NCBI GenBank assembly: GCA_030390025.1
Contig: CM059449.1
Span: 38,316,001-38,380,000 of the forward strand
Direction of reading: 5' to 3'
DNA length: 64,000 bases
DNA from: Squalus acanthias
Taxonomy: Eukaryota
Shown: positions 1 through 13,789 of the stretch, piece after piece
Layout: each line of letters starts with the position of its first letter
How positions within the stretch are numbered: the stretch's first letter is position 1
Translations under genes and position numbers: made by a program
Notes under the pieces: generated by a model
Databases searched by the model: none
The model's input: only the letters and a program-made list of their open reading frames with translations
What the model was told of the DNA's origin: nothing

Positions 1-229
1 AAGTAACAGGTGCACTGCCTACAAAATTACATTTATTAATATCTACGGATGAAAAACCACAAGATGTTCCTCCACGGTTTTCTGATAAGTTGCCCACAGA
101 CTGTGAGGTCCTATTGCCGTTGCACAGCTCATGTTGCCACTGCACCCACCGCTTACCCACTTGCCCCTTTTGGCACGTCCGTGCCCACCGCAGCACTTTT
201 GTAAATTTGGCTCCATGGGACAGATTTTA

Positions 230-999
230 GTGCCCAGAAATTCGGGTCGTAGGCTTCCCGCGGGTGCAAGCCCCCGAACTGCAAATACATTGCGCGCCTG
301 CCGTTGTGCTGTGGGCCCGCGTGAGATTCCGATCCTGGGCCTCCTCCAGCTGCCGGTGTGCAGTGCTCGCGTATCCCAGTGGCGCAGTTAGTTCGAAGCG
401 TGGCCTGGGATCACGTGCACCGTCGGGGAGCCAATCAGAGCAGGGAATCTCCATTCATAGATTTGACAGGAAGACTTGTCAAATCTATGAATAGAGATTG
501 GCCCCAAAACCTAACTAAAACTTCAAATACATTTTTAAAAAAACATCACATTTTTAAAATAACTGTAAATTACAGAAATTAACTATTTTAAACAATAATT
601 TAAATTTTTGAAAAAATTAATCACATCTTTTAACGGGTCTAAAAATAAACTTACCTTTCTTTAAAGTATTTAAAAATAATAAACCTGTAGAAAAAATGTT
701 TTAATTTTACTTAATTCACCACTTACATTGTTAAAAGCAGGCCTTGCGCCTGCTTTTCTCCCCCGCGCAGCTGCTCGGGACTTACCTGCACGGAGAAACC
801 TGTAAAAACAAGCGAAAGTTCCAGGTCTACGCGCTGCCTCTCCTGCGCACGCATTTGAACTGTGAACCCCTTCCTTCAAAGAAATGAAAGTTTCGGTTTA
901 CAGCGCATGCGCAGTGCATGCGCGAAACCGGCACTTTCGTTGGGCCTACGGGTGAGTACACAGCGTGTACTCACCCGTGGAAACCCGAATTTCTGGTCC
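230..999 (+). mobile_element. ~770-bp non-autonomous TIR element (MITE family A), copy 1
   Basis: Termini (g)tgcccagaaattcggg...cccgaatttctggtcc are inverted repeats; GC-rich arms flank an AT-rich core; near-collinear copy at 49319-50065. Confidence 0.8.
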
Positions 1000-1114
1000 A
1001 GTATTAATCATCTGGACAAGATACAGACAGGAAAATCTGTTGGGGAGCATCGCAAGCTGAAATTACTCCCGATTTTCCATCCATTGCAATTAATTCAGTG
1101 GATTCTGTACGGGG

Positions 1115-3715
1115 TCATAGAGTTATCGAGTCATAACGGAACAGAAGGAGGCTATTCGGCCCATTGAGTCCATGCCGGCTCTCTGTATAACAATCCAGTC
1201 AGTCCCATTCACCCGCTCTATCCCCATAGCCCTACAAGTTTATTTCCCTCAAGTGCCTATCAAGTCTCCCCTTGAAAACATTGCGTGCCTCCACTTCCAC
1301 CACTTCCGTCGGCTGCGAGTTCCAGGTCATCATCCACTCGCTGTGTAAAAAGGTTTTCCCTCACATAAGAACATAAGAAATAAGAGCAGGAGTAGGCCAT
1401 TTGGCCCTTCGAGCCTGCTCCGCCATTCAATGAGATCATGGCTGATCTTCTGCCACAACTCCATCCACCCGCCCTATCGCCATATCCATTGATGCCCTTA
1501 CTGCTCAGAAATCTATCGACTTCTGTTTTGAATATACACAATGACTGAGCCTCCACAGCCCTCTGGAGTAGAGAATTCCAAAGATTCACCACCCTCTGTG
1601 TGAAAAAATTTCTTCTCATTTCAGTCCTGAATGGCCTACCCTTTATCCTGAGGCTGTGGCCCCTGGTTCTAGACTGCCCAGCCAAGGGAAACATTCTCCC
1701 AGCATCCACCCTATCAAGCGCTGTAATAATTTTGTTGGCTTCAATGAGATCCCCTCCTATTCTTCTGAATTCAAGAGAATACACGCCTAGTTTAATCAAT
1801 CTCTTCTCATACGACAGTCCCGCCATCCCTGGAATCAATCTCGTGAACCTTCTTTGCACTGCCTCTATGGGAAGTATATCATTCCTTAGGTAAGGAGACC
1901 AAAATTGTACACAGTACTCCAGGTGTGGTTTCACCTAGAGGAATATATGTTTGTTACATTCCCCGTGGATCTCTTGCCCAAAACCTTAAATCTGTGACCC
2001 CTAGTCCTTGTACCAGCAACTAGAGGGAACAGCCTTTCCCCGTCTAGCCTATCCAAACCCGTCATAATCTTGTACGCACCTATCAAATCACGCCTCAACC
2101 TCCTTTGCTCTAATGAAATCAAATCCAGCTTCTCCAACCTGCCCTTGTAGGTAAGATCCCCCATCCCCGGAATCATTTTGGTAAATCCAGTCTGCACCCT
2201 CTCAAGTGCCTTCACATCCTTCCCAAACTATGGTGACCAGAAATGGACGTAATACTCCAGTTGTGGCCTAACCAGCGCTTTATAAATGTTCAGCATAACT
2301 TCTCTACTTTTGTAATCAATACCTCTATTTATGAAACCCAAGATCCCATATGCTTGTTAACCACTCTCTCAATATGTCCTGCCATCTTCAGGGACCTATG
2401 CACATTAACTCCCAGGTCCCTCTGTCCCTGCACACTCTTTAAAATTTTGCCATTAAGAATATATTGCCTCTCCCTATTCCGACTGCCAAAATGCATCAAC
2501 TCACACTTCTCTGTATTAAATTCCATCGGCCACTTGTCTGCGCATTCTGCTAGCTTTTCTATGTCCTGTTGCATTCGATTGGTATCATCATCACTGTTTG
2601 CCACACCCCCAAGTTTGGTGTCATCGGCAAATTTAGAAATTCTACTCTGTATTCCAATATCCAGGTCATGTATATATATATCAAAAAATAGCAGTAACCG
2701 CAGCACTGACCATTGGGGAACAACACTGTCTACCATCCTCCAGTCTGAAAAACATTCATTTACCACAACTCGCTGTTTTCTGCCCTTAAGCCAATTCCTT
2801 ATCCAAGCTGTGACTGACCCACCTATTCCATGAACCTCAATTTTGTTAACCAGCCTTCTATGTGGTACTTTGTCAAACGCCTTCCGGAAATCCATGTAGA
2901 CAACATCCATTGCATTCCCTTCATCAATCCTCTGCTACGTCATCAAAAAATTCAAATAGATTTGTCAAACACGATCTGCCTTTTACAAATCAGTGTTGGC
3001 TCTCCTTAATTGGCTTAAACCTCTCCAAGTGCCAGTTAAATTTGTCCTTGATTATTGTTTCTAAAACTTTACCCACCACTGATGTTAAACTGATCGGCTT
3101 GTAGTTACTGGAATTGTCCTTACACCCTTTCTTGAACAATGGTGTCACATTTCCACTTTCTAATCCTCAGGCCCCTCCCCCACATCTAGGGAAGATTGGA
3201 AAATTATGGCAAGCCTTTCCTCTATTTCCTCCAACAATTCCCTTAGCAACCTGGGATGCAAGCCATCTGGACCAGGCGACTTCTCCACTCTGAGCATACC
3301 CAGCCTTTCTATTACATTCTATCTGTCAATTTCCACCCCTTCCTTTGCTTCTAACTTTTCCACTTCTACCGATATTTTGTCAGCATCCACCTCCTTAGTA
3401 AACACCGATACAAAGTACTCATTGAGTATTCTAGCCTTGCCCTGCGGCTCTAAGCATATATCAACTTCTTTGTCTCTAATAGGCCCCACCCCGCCTCTTA
3501 CTACCTGCTTACTGTTTACATGCCGGTAGAGGATTTCTGGGTTCCCTTTTTTGTTAACCGCCATTCTACGCTCATATTCTCTCTTTGCCAATCTTATTTT
3601 CTTCTTAGCATCCCCTCTCAACTTATTGTATTTGGCCTAGTTCACCCTTGAAGAATCCACCTGACATGCATCATACCCCCTCTTTTTTTGTTTCATCATC
3701 TTCTCTATCTTCCTC
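1115..3715 (-). mobile_element. CR1 LINE, 5'-truncated and degenerate ORF2 (RT), interrupted by a nested CR1
   Basis: ORF fragments DVVYMDFRKAFDKVPHRRL, KFADDTKLGG, KALERVQ..FTKMIPG; 3' UTR at 1115-1260. Confidence 0.92.
1363..1955 (-). mobile_element. Younger CR1 3' fragment nested in the CR1 above
   Basis: acataaga-repeat tail at 1363; PHLEYCVQFWSP..RRNFFTQRVVNLWNSL; host sequence resumes at 1956 with ACAT on both sides. Confidence 0.85.
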
Positions 3716-4034
3716 GTGTGTAAACCCCAACTCGCCCCCCACCCCAACTTCCATATTTCCTTTCTGTACTCTGCCAAATAATGCTTAACATGCAGATGTC
3801 AGCAACAAACATCCGTCCCACTATTTCACCTGCAGATGTTCAGTTCTACCATTAACTGTCGCTTCAGGAGCTCCAGTTGATGCAGAATTCTGCACCTATT
3901 GTCCGGAAAACGCTTCGGTCAAGATTCAGTCACAGCTTGTTTAATAAAAAAACAGCTTCCAATGTATTGTCACTGCATTTAAAGGGCCACCCAGCAAATC
4001 AAATTTGAAAGAATTAATTTTATACTGCCTTGGT

Positions 4035-4595
4035 TAGATCCGTCTGTGATACTACGTTCAATTCTTGGCATCACAACTCAGGAAGAATGTATTGGATTTG
4101 GAGGGATACAGAGTAGATTAATTATAATGATACCGGGGATTTAAGGTTTAAATTAAGAGGACTGTTTACATAAACGTGGCTTTTATCCCCGTGAGTTTAG
4201 ATGGTTGAGGGGTGGCCTACTCGAAGTAATGAAAATTATATTCTGTGAATTCGATAGGACAGATACAGATGAATTAGTTCCTCTGGTAGGCGAATCCAGA
4301 ACAATTGGGCATCATCTTAAAATTTAACCACGGTCATTTAGGAGGGAAATCAGGCAACACTTTTCCACACAAAGGATTAAAAAAAATTGGAACTCTCCCC
4401 TCACAAGACGAAGGATGTTGGGTTAATTGAAAGTTTCAAGAATAAGATTAACAGATTTTTGTTAGGTTAGGGTATCAAGAAATATGGATCAAAGGCGGCT
4501 AAATGGACATGAGGTTCTGATCAGCCATGGTCTAATTGAATGGTGGAACGGGCCGGAGGGGTTGAGTGGCCGACTCCTGTTCTTATGTTCCTTTG
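4035..4595 (+). mobile_element. CR1 3' fragment (degenerate)
   Basis: Similar to the 3' ends of other CR1 copies (gatcagccatg..aattgaatgg..gttcttatgttc tail). Confidence 0.8.
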
Positions 4596-4729
4596 CATTT
4601 CATTTGATTCACGGGTATTAGTGGGAACATTTGCAAACTGCAAACTCTGTGTATTCAATTCCGCTGCCACCCAGATATTCAAGTAACTTAATTTTCTGTT
4701 TAGTTGTGGAAAATAATTTTCCAAAAATT

Positions 4730-5510
4730 ACTCATTGAAGAATGGGAATTTGTGAAGGTGAGTTTAATTTTATGGAGGATGAAAGATGGGAGGCCGTCCA
4801 GGAGAGGATTGGAATAGTAGAGTCGGGGAGCACCAAGAGCATGGATGAGGGTTTCAGCAGCAGATGGGCTGAGACAGGAGGTCGATATTACGGAGGTAGA
4901 TGTAGGCGGTCTTGGTGATGGAGAGGACTTGAGTTCGGAAGCTCAGCTCAGGGTCAAATAGGACACCAGGGTTGCAAACAAACTGCGTCAGCCAGTGTCC
5001 AGGGAAGGGAGTTGTTGGCGCGGTCCCAAACCAATGGATCCAATAATTGTAAGCAGGTGGATTTATTTAAGTCTTTAATATCGAGGCCAATGTCTTCAGT
5101 CTTCGCCAAGTTTAATTGGAGGAAATTGCAACTCATCCAGGACTGGACGGACAAGCAGCCTGACAAAAGAAAGGCAGTGGACGAGAGGGGCGGTGGTGAG
5201 GTAGAGCTGCGTGTCATCAGGATACATTTGTGTGTTTTCGGATGATTTCTCTGATGCGCAGCATGTAGAGGAGAAATAGGCATGAGCCACGGATAGAATC
5301 TTGGTGGACTCCAGAGGTATCAGTGTGGGGTTGGGTAGAGGAGACATTGCAGGAGATTCTCTGGGAATGACTGGAGATGTAAGCATAGAACCAGGCGAGG
5401 GTAGGCCCACTCAGCTGGTCAATGGAGGAGAGGCGATGGAGCAGGATTGTGTGGTCAACCATGTCAAAGGCTGCTGATGGGTCAAGAAGCATGAGGCGGG
5501 AGAGTGCGCC
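4730..5510 (-). mobile_element. L2-clade LINE RT fragment
   Basis: LLDPSAAFDMVDHTILLHRLS, YPDDTQLY, WMSCNFLQLNLAKTE in shifted frames. Confidence 0.8.
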
Positions 5511-6441
5511 AGAGCCAATTCCAGTGCACCCCTGTCTTGCCAGGAAGGAGCACTGTTCCCTCCGCCTGATTCTCCTCAGGGTCCGCTGGAAGGGCGCCCA
5601 GAAACAGTCACAATTGAAGAAGCCGTCGTTCACCATTGTGGCTGACACTCGCCCCTCCCACAGATCAGATGCCCGGGAAACAAAGTGAAGAAGTCTAAAA
5701 ATGCATTGGCTTTTTTTTGCAAAAGGAACGCATTTAATGCTCGAGCCTGGAATCCTTCTGATTGTTGCAGGTTTCTCGGGCCTTCAGCAGTAGCTGCCAT
5801 TCTGCTGCCGATGGTGGGTGTGGGCAGCTGTCAAGGTGCCCATCCACACTGGGGGTCCATGCGGCATTCTAAAGACCTGACTCCACAATTGCTGGCATGG
5901 TCATGTCAGATGCAACTGACTTCAAGTGCACTGCAACTGACTAGCAGTCGGCACAGGGAGCCTATTCCTTTTGCACAATACCTAATATACACAAGCTTTT
6001 GTACATGTGTATGAATTTGTGAAAGTTTTTGGATGTCATGTGTACCGTGTGACACACCAACTCTGTAGAGGACACCATTAAAACATGGAAAATGTATTCT
6101 CTCTCTTCCTAATACGAAAATTGGACTCTAGTAGTATGAAGGGATAGCTTTATTTCTCCCAATACATAGTAATAATCTATTCCAATGTGAAATATATCAT
6201 GAAATAAGGTCCTTGTATTGGAATAGAATGCACCAGTGCTGTAGAAGTGAATCTTTAGAAATATTTTGAAACTAAAATACAGTCATCTTCAAGTCTATTA
6301 TTTTTTTCTAAATCTCAGTGGGAAATGTTACTAAAAAAATCTATTCTCAGATCAGTATTGCAGTACAGCAGTTGCCTAATCTGCTTGTTCAATGACTGTA
6401 ACTAATGCGAATTATTCTATACACTTGAGATTTCTCTCTGA

Positions 6442-6447
6442 TATAAA
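6442..6447 (+). promoter_or_regulatory. TATA box of GPCR copy 1
   Basis: TATAAA about 75 bp upstream of ATG 6519; TATA-like sequence at a similar position in copy 3 (tatata ~31136). Confidence 0.5.
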
Positions 6448-6518
6448 GGAAGGTTTGATCTGAGGGTGTTTGATCCGTGTGTCATCATACGGACGGACAA
6501 CGTCACCTCTCAGAGTAA

Positions 6519-6588
6519 ATGGAGCGGCCAATAATTGTTCAGATATCAGCAATTTACTATCCTATGTTGGCAGTGGTTGGTCTCCCTG
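6519..6588 (+). CDS. GPR139/GPR142-like GPCR copy 1, exon 1 (MERPIIVQISAIYYPMLAVVGLP)
   Basis: ATG, 70 nt, donor cctg|gtaagt, phase 1; homologous 70-nt exons at 19128 and 31214. Confidence 0.85.
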
Positions 6589-8352
6589 GTAAGTCACTAT
6601 TGTCATTAACCTTTTTCTGTGTTAACTGTATTATAGCTCTTGATGTTCGTCTAATAATGTCATTTGGTTGTTTAGAGGTCACTAGTTTCTGATATCAGTT
6701 AAAAGAGAAATCTGATCCCAAATTCCAGCATGTTCTCAATAATCAGATTCGTAACAGGATTTGTTTCTGAAGTTCCAAATTCGGCAACTGTATCATTTTT
6801 TTCTAGTAATAATATTGAGGAAGATTATTGCCTCCCATCTCCCAGTTCACAGAATCCCACAGAATCCCCACAGTGCAGATAAAGGCCATTTCGGCCCATC
6901 GAGCCTGCACCGACACATAACCCACCCTATCCCCGTAACCCCACGTATTTCGACAGAAGTAGCCCAACCAAACAGCACTTTTGCGTTACAGCTCTGGAGT
7001 CGCCACGCTTGGCTGTCCAGGCCGTTTAAATGGTCTGCGGACAGCACACAACAGGCGTGGTCCCGACGGTTAGGACAAGACAAGAGAGTCCTGCCGGACC
7101 TGCAGGTTTCTGGCCTCGGGCATCAGCCCTTCTGGCTACTAATCTACACTGACCGTCTACGGTTCTCGCTTAGGGTTCAGGATTCTGGCGACGGAGTAAA
7201 CTACCTTTGGAAGCCTAGTTTACAATCTTCAGTATTTCACCATCTTCCTGAGACTTGGGTCAGCAGGACTCTGCGGCAGAGCATGGTGCCACTTCCTGTT
7301 GTCTCAACCACCCAAATCCCTGCCCTGTGTTGTGGCACATGAGGTATACCAGGGCAATTGGGCGGCGCCTGGAAAATCCATTCCAGCCTCATTGCCATCA
7401 AAGCCTTGGTCATGTGGCGACTGCATGCGCGGGACAGGCTGCCTGGCACATCCCTGGGCAGCACTAAAGGAGCAGAAACGAGGCGGACCACGCCCCTGAG
7501 CAGAACCATCGTTCCGGGGTGGGGTCAGAGGCACGGATTTTGATAAACATCCCTATTGGGCATCACATTCACCTACGCGAATAGCGCGAAAAGGACTCAT
7601 TGTGGTAGAAATTCATCATAGGCAGTAATTCCAATCCATCGCCCGTATCCGCCCTACCAGATATTCCGTCCCATTAAATGCAAAGGAATTGAATCTCGGA
7701 TGAGGCGAATAACTGGTGACCAGTTCTATACAGTCCACTTTGCGCTACCACCTAAGACGGATCCCTACCCGTTAGTGAATCGCTGCCCGTGCGCTATCGC
7801 CCATTTCCCGTTAATGCCCAAGGTGAATTTCACCCCACGCAGCAGCGCAGCAACATTCTATTGACTTCCATCTGTTTTCTCACCGACTGTGTGAATAGTC
7901 ACATTGTGAGCCCTATTAGCACACAACTAAACGGTACATTGCTGTATCATTCAGGCTAAATCTAATAAAGGTGCCAAGTCTGTGTGCGCGGTGCTCATTC
8001 TCACTAAAGTTATTTACGGTAAAGATGCAGGGTAAGTATGGATGTTGCTCTACAATATCTGTACTTCCTACAACATTGTGTGAAGCGAGCTTTGCAACAA
8101 AACAGATATAGATTGAATAAGGTCCGGGAAATCACTCGGAGCATTACAGCACTTCACTTTTTCTTGGAGGGAATATATTAATGTCTCTGGAAAAAGAATT
8201 GCTTTGCTCTGGAATTATTCGGTTAATTAACGAACAGACAGAACAAGTTGCGTGAAAGCAAAAAACAATCCAACATAATGTGTATCCATTATAATACAAT
8301 GATGATCCATTTGTTGTGAGAATCACTGGTTTTAACATTTTTTCTCTTTCAG

Positions 8353-9257
8353 CGAATTTAATGACAATTGTGATTCTCTCCCGAGGAAAGTGCGGCCTCT
8401 CCAAATGCATAACTTGTTACCTGGTGGCCATGGCAGCTGCGGATCTACTGTTCATCACAGTTAATGTAATACTGTATGAGATTAATAATATTTATTTTCA
8501 AAATTCATTCGTGAACTACACTCCTGTCTGCAGTTTCAGTCTCGCCCTCAGTTTTGCTGCCATGGACTTTTCTGTCTGGTTAACAGTCTCTTTCACCTTG
8601 GATCGATTTGTCGCCATTTGTTGCCAGAAGCTGAGAGTCAAATATTGCACCGAAAAAACAGCAGCCATCGTTATAGCAACAGTGTGTGGGCTAATCTGTG
8701 AAGAAAACATTCCAATATACTTTACACTTGAACGTCAGGAACTAATTGACAACGAATCGTGGTTCTGTGATGTAAAGTCTAGCTTTTATACCTCACCCGT
8801 CTGGGTAGCATTCTTCTGGTTTGACATTGTTTTAACTCCATTCGCTCCATTTGTTTTAATTTTGATGTTCAATGCTCTGACCATCAGGCACATTCTGGTG
8901 ACCAGTAGAGTCAGGAGGGGACTCAGGGGCAATAACAATGCTGAAAATCACAATGATCCAGAGATGGTGAGCCGGAGAAAATCCATAATTTTATTGCTCG
9001 CCATCTCAGGGAATTTTATCCTGTTATGGTTGGTAACTTTTACATATTATATCTGTGTACAAATTACAGACATTCAGTTCTTGTTCGCCACTTCCAATAA
9101 CCCTCTCATCATAATGGAAGAAACTGGGTATATGCTTCAGAGTTTGAGTTCCTGCACAAACACATTCATTTACGCAGTAGCGCAGAAAAAATTCAGAGGG
9201 CAGCTGCTGAATATGATTAAGTGTCCCTTTGATCAAATTATTAAGTTACTGAAATGA
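8353..9257 (+). CDS. GPR139/GPR142-like class A orphan GPCR copy 1, exon 2 (324 aa with exon 1; intact)
   Basis: Acceptor tttctctttcag|; G+CG joins in frame (PANL); TM2 AMAAADLL, TM3 DRFVAIC, TM5 PF, TM6 FILLW, TM7 NTFIY; stop TGA ends at 9257. Confidence 0.9.
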
Positions 9258-9365
9258 TTGAAATAACTTATCTCAATTCTATCTTACTCAGTCCTTAGAT
9301 TGTGCAATACCAACATAGCATATTGTCTAATTCCATGTATAGTTTTGTGACACCTTAACATGAGT

Positions 9366-10005
9366 ATCTATCTGCTTTATCTGTTTCTCTATCTATCTAT
9401 CTGTCGATCTGTATATCTGTCTGTCTGTCTATCTGTGTATCTGTCTGTCTGTCTATCTGTCTATCCGTCTGTCTGTCTATCTGTCTATCTGTCTGTCTCT
9501 CTATCTGTCTGTCTATCTGTCTCTCTGCTATATATCCGTCTAACTAACTAGCTAAGTATCTAGCTAACTATCTATCTATCTCACTATCTCTCTATCTATC
9601 TATCTATCTCTCTCTCTCTATCTCTATCTATCAAACTATCTAACTATCTATCTNNNNNNNNNNNNNNNNNNNNNNNNNNNNNNNNNNNNNNNNNNNNNNN
9701 NNNNNNNNNNNNNNNNNNNNNNNNNNNNNNNNNNNNNNNNNNNNNNNNNNNNNNNNNNNNNNNNNNNNNNNNNNNNNNNNNNNNNNNNNNNNNNNNNNNN
9801 NNNNNNNNNNNNNNNNNNNNNNNNNNNNNNNNNNNNNNNNNNNNNNNNNNNNNNNNNNNNNNNNNNNNNNNNNNNNNNNNNNNNNNNNTCTATCTACTTC
9901 TCTCTATCTACTTCTCTCTATCTGTCTCTCTATTTCGCTCTATCTAACTATCTATCTCTCTTTCTATCTCTCTATGTCTCTATCTAGCTACCTAGCTATC
10001 TATGT
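9366..10005. repeat. (TCTA/TCTG)n microsatellite with N gap
   Basis: Visible tetranucleotide repeats flanking an N run. Confidence 0.95.
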
Positions 10006-11089
10006 ATTGGGCGCGATGTGAGGAGTCAGCTGCTGACGATTATTCATCGGTCGCTGTGGCCTTCTGTAGACATCGTCACCAATGAATGTGTTTTTATGCG
10101 TTGCTGTGGAGCCAGGAGGAGAAGGAATAATCTTCCCGGCTGCATAGCACCTGCCAAAACAAAATCGCGCCAGTACAGTTAGTTTTGACGGTCATTAGGA
10201 CAGCTGCTCCGAGCCAGAATGCACCAATGTTAAATCCTCACAATGGACAAGCAGCCTCTGAAGGTGCGATAGGCGCCGGCAGCTCGCCCATTTCTCGCCT
10301 CGTGACTGTCTGCTGTCTGCGTCCAGAAACGTGTAATGAACAATTTTTATCACAAAACTTTGTAAAGAGCTTGTGAATATCGAAAAAGAATGAGTATAAT
10401 CTGAATTCAGTTGCTGCATTTCGGATTCTGGTTCGTTCGGTTCAAAGGATGCATGGGACCACCATTGGACTTTGTAAAACAGGTTTAATACCATTCTGGT
10501 TTTACACTTGGTGGAGCATTTAACCCTATCCCGGCGAGCCTACACCCTTCAGTAACACTGACTGGATTCCTCTCTGGAGACAAGGTCCACTATGAGTCTA
10601 GATTTACAACGTCACTTTATATCAGAGCGAATTGCAAGTGCCCTCCAACTGCCGATGGGTTTGCGGTGCAAAGACATTCAGTCGGTAGGATTCAGCAGAG
10701 AGAGAGAGCGTGATAATGCTGTAAATTCTGACATGTTGCCGCTGCTAGATTCGCCCTTACCCGCCAATGTACCCGATCTGACTGTTGGTGGTATTCTTTA
10801 TCAGAGGCCCTCTGCCATTCCCCACCTGGCCCACCACGCCACTGGACCCACACTGTAGCTCACAGGTGCTTTCTCGGACCTTAACTGGTTAACATTCTGG
10901 ACCTGCCCCGCGCTGCCATTCCCTGCTTTGTTGTACACAAACTAGTCACTGTCTCCAAACTGGGCACAATTTGTCATCTGTTATCTGTTTGTAGTTTCGC
11001 GATTTATCATTGGTACTGTGAAAATAAATAAAGGTTGTAGACTTTAACTGCAATTTAGCAAATGATTGATTTAACAGACAAATATTTGA

Positions 11090-12110
11090 TGATATATAAG
11101 CCTACTTAAGACGATTAAAGGATGTGATAGATTAGATAGAGAAGAACTATTTCCTCTGGTGGAGGAGTCGAGAACAAGGGGGCATATTCTTACATGAATT
11201 ATAAAGTATTTAAAGATTCGATCCTTGTGAATCACCACTTCCCATTTTTAACCAGTCTGTGTCGCTGCCCTGAAACCTTACTCACTATTTCTGGTCAGTA
11301 ACCAGCTTGCTACAGATTCAACAACTTGTCCCCTGACTCCACATGCTCTGACCTTTATCATGAATCCAGTATGCGGTACTTCATCGAAGGCCAATGTAAA
11401 ATCCAAATATAACAGCTACTGCATTCCCCTATTCTACTCTTTGATTCAGTTCTTTAAAAATAAATAAGGCTGTTCAAGAATGAAGTTCCCTTTTGAAATC
11501 CGTGCTGATTATTCTTTATTATATTTTCGGCCCTTGGGTGTTTATCGATTAATTCTTTCGGTAAATATTCCATTATGTTCCTAGCATCGATGATAACCTA
11601 TTTGGTCTTCAGTTCCCTGAGCTTGTTGTGTTAAAATAGACGTGTAACTTTAGCTGTGCCCCAGTTCTCTGGGACTATTCTCTTTCCAAATGAATTCTTA
11701 TATATATGTGTTGGTGCCTCTGCTATCTCTTCCCTATCGTCTTTTAACATGCACGGATACAATCAATCCGGACCAGGGGCTTGAACTTCTCTAATTTTGA
11801 TTAGTGTATCAATTATCTCACCTCTTTGTATCTTACGTGTCTTTATATATTTTTAATCCGTTCTTCTAATGCCATGTCCACTTTGTTAATCTCCCTGGCG
11901 AACACTGAGACAAAGAAGCTGTTAAACATTTCTGCCATTTCGCGGTCATTGCCTGTGAGTTTAGCCGGCTCATCTGTTTGTGGTTTTCTCCCTGTCACGA
12001 AATTTATTTTGTTATTTATGCGTCTGTAGAATACTTTAATATTTATTTTTACATTCGCTAATAATTAGATGTTGTACGTTTTCTTTGCATCCCTAATTGT
12101 TCTTTTTCTG
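11090..12110 (-). mobile_element. Degenerate CR1 fragments (short + piece, then - strand ORF2 piece)
   Basis: Similar to the CR1 at 2800-3700. Confidence 0.65.
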
Positions 12111-13145
12111 AATTCTTAAAATCAATAAAAAGTGCAAATAATGAGACAGTGTGGATGATTAAAGACATAAGGGAAAAATTGAAACTAAAGGAAAACGCAT
12201 ACAGTAAATACATAGAAAACAAAGATAGGGCAACTAAAGGCAATACTAAAAGATTAGGAAAGAAGTTTGCGGATGATACAAAAATTGGTAAAGTAGTAAA
12301 TAGTGAGAAGGATAGTAGAAGACTTGAGGAGCATATAGACAGACTGGTGAAATGGGCAGACACATGGCAGATGCAACTTACTTTGGATCAATGTGAATTG
12401 ATGCACGTCAGGAGAAACAACATGCAGAGGCAATATAATCTAATTGATGCTATTTTTCGGGGGATGCAAGGGCAGAGGGAACTGGCGCTGCATATTCACA
12501 AATCTTTGAATGTGGCAGGGCAAGTTGATAAGGCAGGTAGCAAAGCATATGGGATACTTGGCTTTGTAAATAGAGGCATTGAATACAAAAACAAGGAAGT
12601 CCTGCTAAGCATTTACAAATTGCGTACAATTCTGGACACCACACTTCAGGAATGATGTCAAGGTGTTCGGGAGAGTATAGAGGAGGCTTACCAGGATGAT
12701 ACCAGCGATAAGGGACTTCATTTATGTGAAAAGATTGGAGAAGCTGAGATTGTTATCCTTAGAGCAGAAAATGTTAAGAGGAGACAGAATGGATGTATTA
12801 TGAGGATTTTCGATAGAGCAAGAAGAGAGAAACTGTTTCCTCTGGTAAGTGGGTCGGTAACCAGACGTCATCGATTTAAAATAATTGGAAAAAGCACTAT
12901 AGGGGAAGAGAGGGGATTTTTTTCCCACAGAGGTTTATTCAGATCTGTAACGCATTACCTGGACTATGGTGGAATCAGATTCCTTAAGAATTTTGAAAAG
13001 TAAACTGGGCAAGTAATTTGAATAGGAATAATTTTCAGAGAACAGGCTGGGACTAAATTGGACAGCAGTTTAAAAGAGGCGGCAGAGGCAGGACACGCTG
13101 AATAGCCTCCTTCTCTGCTATAGGTTTCTATGATTCTATGATGTT
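12110..13145 (+). mobile_element. CR1 LINE RT/3' fragment
   Basis: KFADDTKIG, LVKWADTWQMQ, GILGFVNRGIEYK; ttctatgattctatga tail. Confidence 0.88.
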
Positions 13146-13789
13146 ACCTATTTTCCACTATTAGGTGCTGTGTACAAAACTCCTATTATTGTGATCGATC
13201 CCTTCTTATCTTTTATCTCAATCCATATGTATTCTGTTTATATCTTTCTGCTAGTTGTGTCCCTTTTTTCTAATGCCATTTTGTCATGTCTAAGTTGTAC
13301 AGCTACACCACCCCTTCTTCCTTCTCCATCCTTTTTTCAATATGTTATAACCTGCAATATTTAATTGTCTGTCCTGGTCTTTTTGTAGCCATCAATCAGT
13401 TATCTCTACTGTACCTGATTCCTCACTCCGAATTATTGTCTCCAGTTACCCAGTTTTATTCCAGACGGTGTGTGCATTGCTTTACAGGCAATTTAATTAT
13501 ATTTTTTAGTCATTCCTCTCATTTTACTTTTAACATTCCTTTTATACTTCTGTGCTACAACTATATAGGTTCGCTGACCGTTTATGTTATCTTTATTCCT
13601 TACCTTGGTCTTAACTTTATTCTCATCTATGATTTCTTATCGCCCTCCCGCTGTCTTACTAGTTTAAAGCCTTATCCACAGCCCTGGTTATCCTTTCCCC
13701 GTGGATTCTAGTACCATTCCTGTTCAGGTGGAGCCTGTCCCAGTGCTCCAGCTCCTTCCTGTCACAATACAGAAAGTACAGATTAGCTG

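Noticed and set aside
1260-1934. 224-aa ORF as a gene
   Set aside because: Chimeric read-through of a nested CR1 3' end, its UTR and the host CR1
8316-8352. ORF-track start of the GPCR as a single-exon gene
   Set aside because: Non-ATG start inside a polypyrimidine tract; the real N-terminus is the 70-nt exon at 6519
13170-13711. Hydrophobic ORFs as membrane proteins
   Set aside because: T-rich, probably antisense LINE-derived sequence with no family motifs or splice support
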